Assembly (NCBI GenBank): GCA_963828195.1
Contig: CAWHDT010000001.1
Span: forward strand, 383,357 to 447,356
DNA: 64,000 nucleotides
Reading direction: 5' to 3'
DNA from: Candidatus Bathyarchaeota archaeon
GTDB taxonomy: Archaea > Thermoproteota > Bathyarchaeia > Bathyarchaeales > Bathycorpusculaceae
A program made the translations under genes and the position numbers. The notes beneath the pieces were generated by a model. That model was not told the origin of the DNA, did no database searches, and saw only the letters and a program-made list of their open reading frames with translations. Of this stretch, positions 60,473 to 64,000 are shown one piece after another. Position 1 is the stretch's first letter, and each line of letters starts with the position of its first letter.

Positions 60473-61954
60473 TTAGCCAAACAAGTTTCTAATATATTTC
60501 AAAATAAGCTGCGGCTGATCAAATGCTGTCTTCAAAGCTTTCTGAGGATTTTTAATATGATTAAGCAAAGACAATTTCTTATACTGCTCAAGTGCCTTCG
60601 CGGCGATCTCTTTCACTTCTTGAGACGTAAAATCCTCTGTTGAAATCAACGGCATGCCTTTCGGTTGCCGTGCCTCAGCAAAAGAGTTCCAGCTTAAATC
60701 TCCCTGGATGTATCCTTTCGCCACACATTCACTGTAGAGTCTGGTTCCATAGGACGGCGTAGCGATGAAAAGATGCATGCCCACATCGAAATCATGTTTG
60801 AGCTTTAACGCGAAATCAACGGTTTTCTGCATGTTCTCTTTCTTTTCCCCGGGAAAACCAATAATGTAGAAGCCCCCCGTTTTTAAGCCGATGTCTTTGC
60901 AGATTTTCGCGACTTCCACAACTCGATTTAAATCCAAGCTCTTGCAGATTACATTGTTTAAGATTTGCTGGTCGCCTGACTCAACGCCGAAAAAGACGCT
61001 TTGGCAACCTGAAGCTTTCATTTTTTTCAGAAGATTCAAGTTCAAGCAGTCCGCTCGCACCCCGTTTGGCGTCTCCCACCCGATCTTGGTTTTTTTCTCG
61101 ATTAAGCCGTCGCAGATGGCTTCGAACCTTGCTAAGTCAAAAGTTAAGTTGTCATCTTCAAAAAAAACGTTCTTTACGTCAAACTTTTCAACAACAAACT
61201 GGATATGGTTAAGCACGTAGTTAGCGGAGTGTGCTCTGAACCGCTTTCCCATGTGCAGGTGGACTGAGCAGAAACAGCAGTTAAAGGGGCAGCCCCTGCT
61301 CGTAATCATTGAGATCGCCCGAGTTCTGAAGCTGCGGTACCCTATCTTTTTTGGGCTCAGGTACTTCTCCATATCTACCAAGTCGTAAGCTGGGTAGGGA
61401 AGCTCATCCAAGTTTTCGATGAAAGGCCTCGGCGAATTTACTTTGATTTCTCCGTTTTTGCGGTAGGCAATGCCTAGAATTTCGCTTAACTGCTTTTTGC
61501 CTTCAAAATACTGCGCTACTTCGGGCATTGCATATTCGCCTTCGCCAGTCACCGCGATGTCAACGCTTTTTGCTTCTTCAAGAAACTCTTTTGGAACCGT
61601 CGTGACGTGAGGACCGCCCACAACTGTCAAAATGTTTTGATCAACCTCTTTTGCTAGGTTGCTTATTTTAACCGAGTTTCCAATTTGGCAAGTGAATGGT
61701 CCCGCTACGCCAACAATGTCGGGTTTGCGACTGTAAATTTCCTGCTTTATGCGATCAAACGGCATGCCAACGTTTACCGCTTCGCCTTTTTTGACGAATA
61801 ATTCTTCACTCATAAACGCATCTAAAATTTCTGTTTTGTAACCTGCCTTCTCCAGCGTCGCTGCGATGTACATTAAACCAAGAGGCAAATTGCCTGAGGG
61901 CTGTTCAGAGCCTCGATAAAATATTTGTGGCGGATTAATGAGAAGCACTTTCAT
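60473..61954 (-). CDS. B12-binding radical SAM protein
   Basis: MKVLLINPP, PLGLMYIAA, GGPH, GEGE, TSRGCPFNCCFC, FEDDN, GVESG. Confidence 0.93.
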   Translation of the reverse strand: MKVLLINPPQIFYRGSEQPSGNLPLGLMYIAATLEKAGYKTEILDAFMSEELFVKKGEAVNVGMPFDRIKQEIYSRKPDIVGVAGPFTCQIGNSVKISNLAKEVDQNILTVVGGPHVTTVPKEFLEEAKSVDIAVTGEGEYAMPEVAQYFEGKKQLSEILGIAYRKNGEIKVNSPRPFIENLDELPYPAYDLVDMEKYLSPKKIGYRSFRTRAISMITSRGCPFNCCFCSVHLHMGKRFRAHSANYVLNHIQFVVEKFDVKNVFFEDDNLTFDLARFEAICDGLIEKKTKIGWETPNGVRADCLNLNLLKKMKASGCQSVFFGVESGDQQILNNVICKSLDLNRVVEVAKICKDIGLKTGGFYIIGFPGEKKENMQKTVDFALKLKHDFDVGMHLFIATPSYGTRLYSECVAKGYIQGDLSWNSFAEARQPKGMPLISTEDFTSQEVKEIAAKALEQYKKLSLLNHIKNPQKALKTAFDQPQLILKYIRNLFG

Positions 61955-62185
61955 TCGGGTTACCAATGATTCTAAAGTTGACCTGTCCGAGATATTTAAA
62001 TTAAACTTCTGAATCAACTTCTCAACGCATGTTCATACTATAACCTGTTTTTTGTGTAAATGTTCATAAGAAATCATCTTCCCTTTTAATTAGTTAGCAT
62101 GTTACTGTTACGGTACAATCACATAGGTTTATGAGCGGTTATTCGGCAGTTTATATCAACAACTTTTGCGATGTTTTAGTAGGAG

Positions 62186-62506
62186 GTGAATTTTTTGAGT
62201 ACACGTGAAAAAAAAGGCAAGATGACCGTCGCTGAAGCAGGAAGGAAAGGCGGAGAAAAAACGGCTCAAACTCATGGTCGAGAGTTTTACGAGGAGATTG
62301 GACGTAAAGGCGGCGAGAAAGTTTCTTCGGAGCGCGGTCCAGAATTCTATAGCGAGATAGGAAGCAAGGGTGGGTCTGAAAGGGCGAAGCAGCATGAAGG
62401 CGCGATAGAAGCAAGAGGAAAAACAAGTCTTGAAGAAGCAGGGCATCGGGGTGGACAAAGAGTCCGAAAACTAATCCAAGCGGGCAAGGAACGCGAAGAA
62501 GAATAA
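62186..62506 (+). CDS. KGG-repeat / Em-GsiB-like stress protein (long form)
   Basis: MTVAEAGRKGG, HG.EFY.EIG.KGG repeats; GGAGGTGA SD (start probably TTG ~62195). Confidence 0.88.
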   Translation: MNFLSTREKKGKMTVAEAGRKGGEKTAQTHGREFYEEIGRKGGEKVSSERGPEFYSEIGSKGGSERAKQHEGAIEARGKTSLEEAGHRGGQRVRKLIQAGKEREEE

Positions 62507-62584
62507 AATCTATTTTTTGTGATCACAGGTCAATTCCCGCTCTTTTGATATCAAATACTTAACTTTTAAACGGGAGGTGAAATA

Positions 62585-62779
62585 GTGGCAAGGAATGAGA
62601 AAAAAGGCAAGATGACCGTTGCGGAGGCTGGACGAAGAGGCGGACTTAGGACAGCGGAAACCCATGGAGAAGAATTCTACAGCGAAATAGGCCGCAAGGG
62701 TGGAAAGATTGGAGGACCTAAAGGCGGTCAAAGAGTTCGCAGGCTTATAGAGGAAGGAAAAGCCCGTGAAGAAGAGTAA
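62585..62779 (+). CDS. KGG-repeat / Em-GsiB-like stress protein (short form)
   Basis: MTVAEAGRRGG...HGEEFYSEIGRKGG...GGQRVRRLIEEGK. Confidence 0.88.
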   Translation: MARNEKKGKMTVAEAGRRGGLRTAETHGEEFYSEIGRKGGKIGGPKGGQRVRRLIEEGKAREEE

Positions 62780-62990
62780 ACATCGCTTTCTTAGTTAACT
62801 TTGAGGGCGGATCTAAAATTCTGCTTTTAACCGAATGTAAAGTTAAAACTTCATTTCTGAGTTAAATTTTCTTATTTTTGTTGTTACTGTGCTTTGACAG
62901 CCACATATGTTTAAAAAGTTTTGTTCAGCTAGAAAATTGAGGAGATAGTAGAGTTTTGGGGAATAAGCGGAAACGTGTTTTGGAGGTGAT

Positions 62991-63245
62991 GTGATGGTTG
63001 AATCAAAAAAGAAAGGTAAGATGACGGTTGCTGAGGCTGGTCGGATGGGCGGAGAAAAGACGTCTGAGACTCATGGTTCTGAATTTTACAGCGAGATAGG
63101 AAGTAAAGGCGGATCGAAACGAGCAAAGCAGCATGAAGGTTCGCTGGAGGCCAGAGGGAAAACAAGCCTTGAAGAAGCAGGGCATATAGGAGGGCAAAAA
63201 GTTCGCAGGCTTATTCAGGCTGGAAAAGAATATGAAGAGAAGTAG
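62991..63245 (+). CDS. KGG-repeat / Em-GsiB-like stress protein
   Basis: Same motifs; GGAGGTGA SD. Confidence 0.88.
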   Translation: MMVESKKKGKMTVAEAGRMGGEKTSETHGSEFYSEIGSKGGSKRAKQHEGSLEARGKTSLEEAGHIGGQKVRRLIQAGKEYEEK

Positions 63246-63539
63246 AAAGTTTATTGAATTTTAAGCATTTCGTATTCTAAATAAATCTTGTTTTCATAAG
63301 GAACGTGAAATGCATTGACGAAACCAGATCCAGCTTCGAAGCTGGGCGGAATGCAGGCGGAAAAGCAGTTAAAGTCTGAAGGTCATAGGCGAGATTTCTT
63401 ATGCGTGTGAGGCAGTATGGCAGCATAGTGTGAGTAAAGTTGGTGCGAGCTTAATTAGAATGAGGGTATCTGGGAGTCTTCCCAGTTTAATTTTAAAGAA
63501 ATTATCTAAATTTTTAGTTAGCTTATGTTTGGAGGTGAT

Positions 63540-63713
63540 GTGATGGTTGAATCAAAAAAGAAAGGTAAGATGACGGTTGCTGAGGCTGGTCGGATGGGCG
63601 GAGAAAAGACATTAGCGAAACATGGTTCTGAATTTTACAGCGAGATAGGAAGTAAAGGCGGGCAAAAAGTTCGAAAACTTGTTGAAGAAGGTAAGGCACG
63701 CGAGGTAGAATAA
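63540..63713 (+). CDS. KGG-repeat / Em-GsiB-like stress protein (short form)
   Basis: SD and first ~23 codons are identical in DNA to the 62991 gene. Confidence 0.85.
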   Translation: MMVESKKKGKMTVAEAGRMGGEKTLAKHGSEFYSEIGSKGGQKVRKLVEEGKAREVE

Positions 63714-63770
63714 CTTTTAAAATTTTTTATTTTTCCTTTTAAATGGTTTAAGATTTGGAGGTGAAAGACA

Positions 63771-64000
63771 ACGAGTAGGGAAGAAGCTCAAACAAGCAGG
63801 TATCCAGGCATTGGGGGACGCCGTCAATACACAAACAGAAGTGGAAAATCTGGCCACGTTAGCCCAGCTATAGTAGAAAAATTTCTTGCTGGCATGCATT
63901 ACCCCGCAGAAAAAAAAGCGTTGGTCAATAAAGCAGAAGATAAAAATGCGCCAGACGATGTAATGGATCTGTTAAACAGGCTGCCCGCTAAAACCTATAA
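63771..64000 (+). CDS. DUF2795-domain protein (3'-truncated; ACG at expected start)
   Basis: After GGAGGTGA + 6 nt: ACG AGT AGG GAA... reading 'SPAIVEKFLAGMHYPAEKKALVNKAEDKNAPDDVMDLLNRLPAKTY'. Confidence 0.75.

Overview
Archaeal chromosomal window, most likely Bathyarchaeia. This is inferred from the gene set: egsA, GPN GTPase, AbrB-PhoU, a PQQ-like beta-propeller surface protein, dockerin-tailed exported proteins, a REC-PAS-histidine kinase and BHB-intron tRNAs. Bases 1-41 kb are mostly core and cell-surface genes, with a small two-component-system islet bounded by a 17-bp copy of the tRNA-Ser 3' end. A tRNA-Arg(CCU) at 41492-41595 appears to carry a bulge-helix-bulge intron at the unusual 9/10 position. 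An ~18-kb accessory island follows it, bracketed by two related palindromes, the second split by an IS1182 element. The island holds many nucleotide-processing enzymes, an ART-like protein, a frameshifted 2-TM protein and two structured non-coding segments. It also holds an apparently undescribed RiPP-type cluster: an unannotated 25-aa peptide, a radical SAM/SPASM enzyme with a C-terminal PqqD/RRE-like domain, an unknown protein and a class I isoprenoid-synthase-fold enzyme. The window ends in a tandem array of KGG/Em-GsiB stress proteins and a DUF2795 gene. Several genes are broken by small indels, which may be assembly errors. All calls come from reading motifs by eye; no searches were run.
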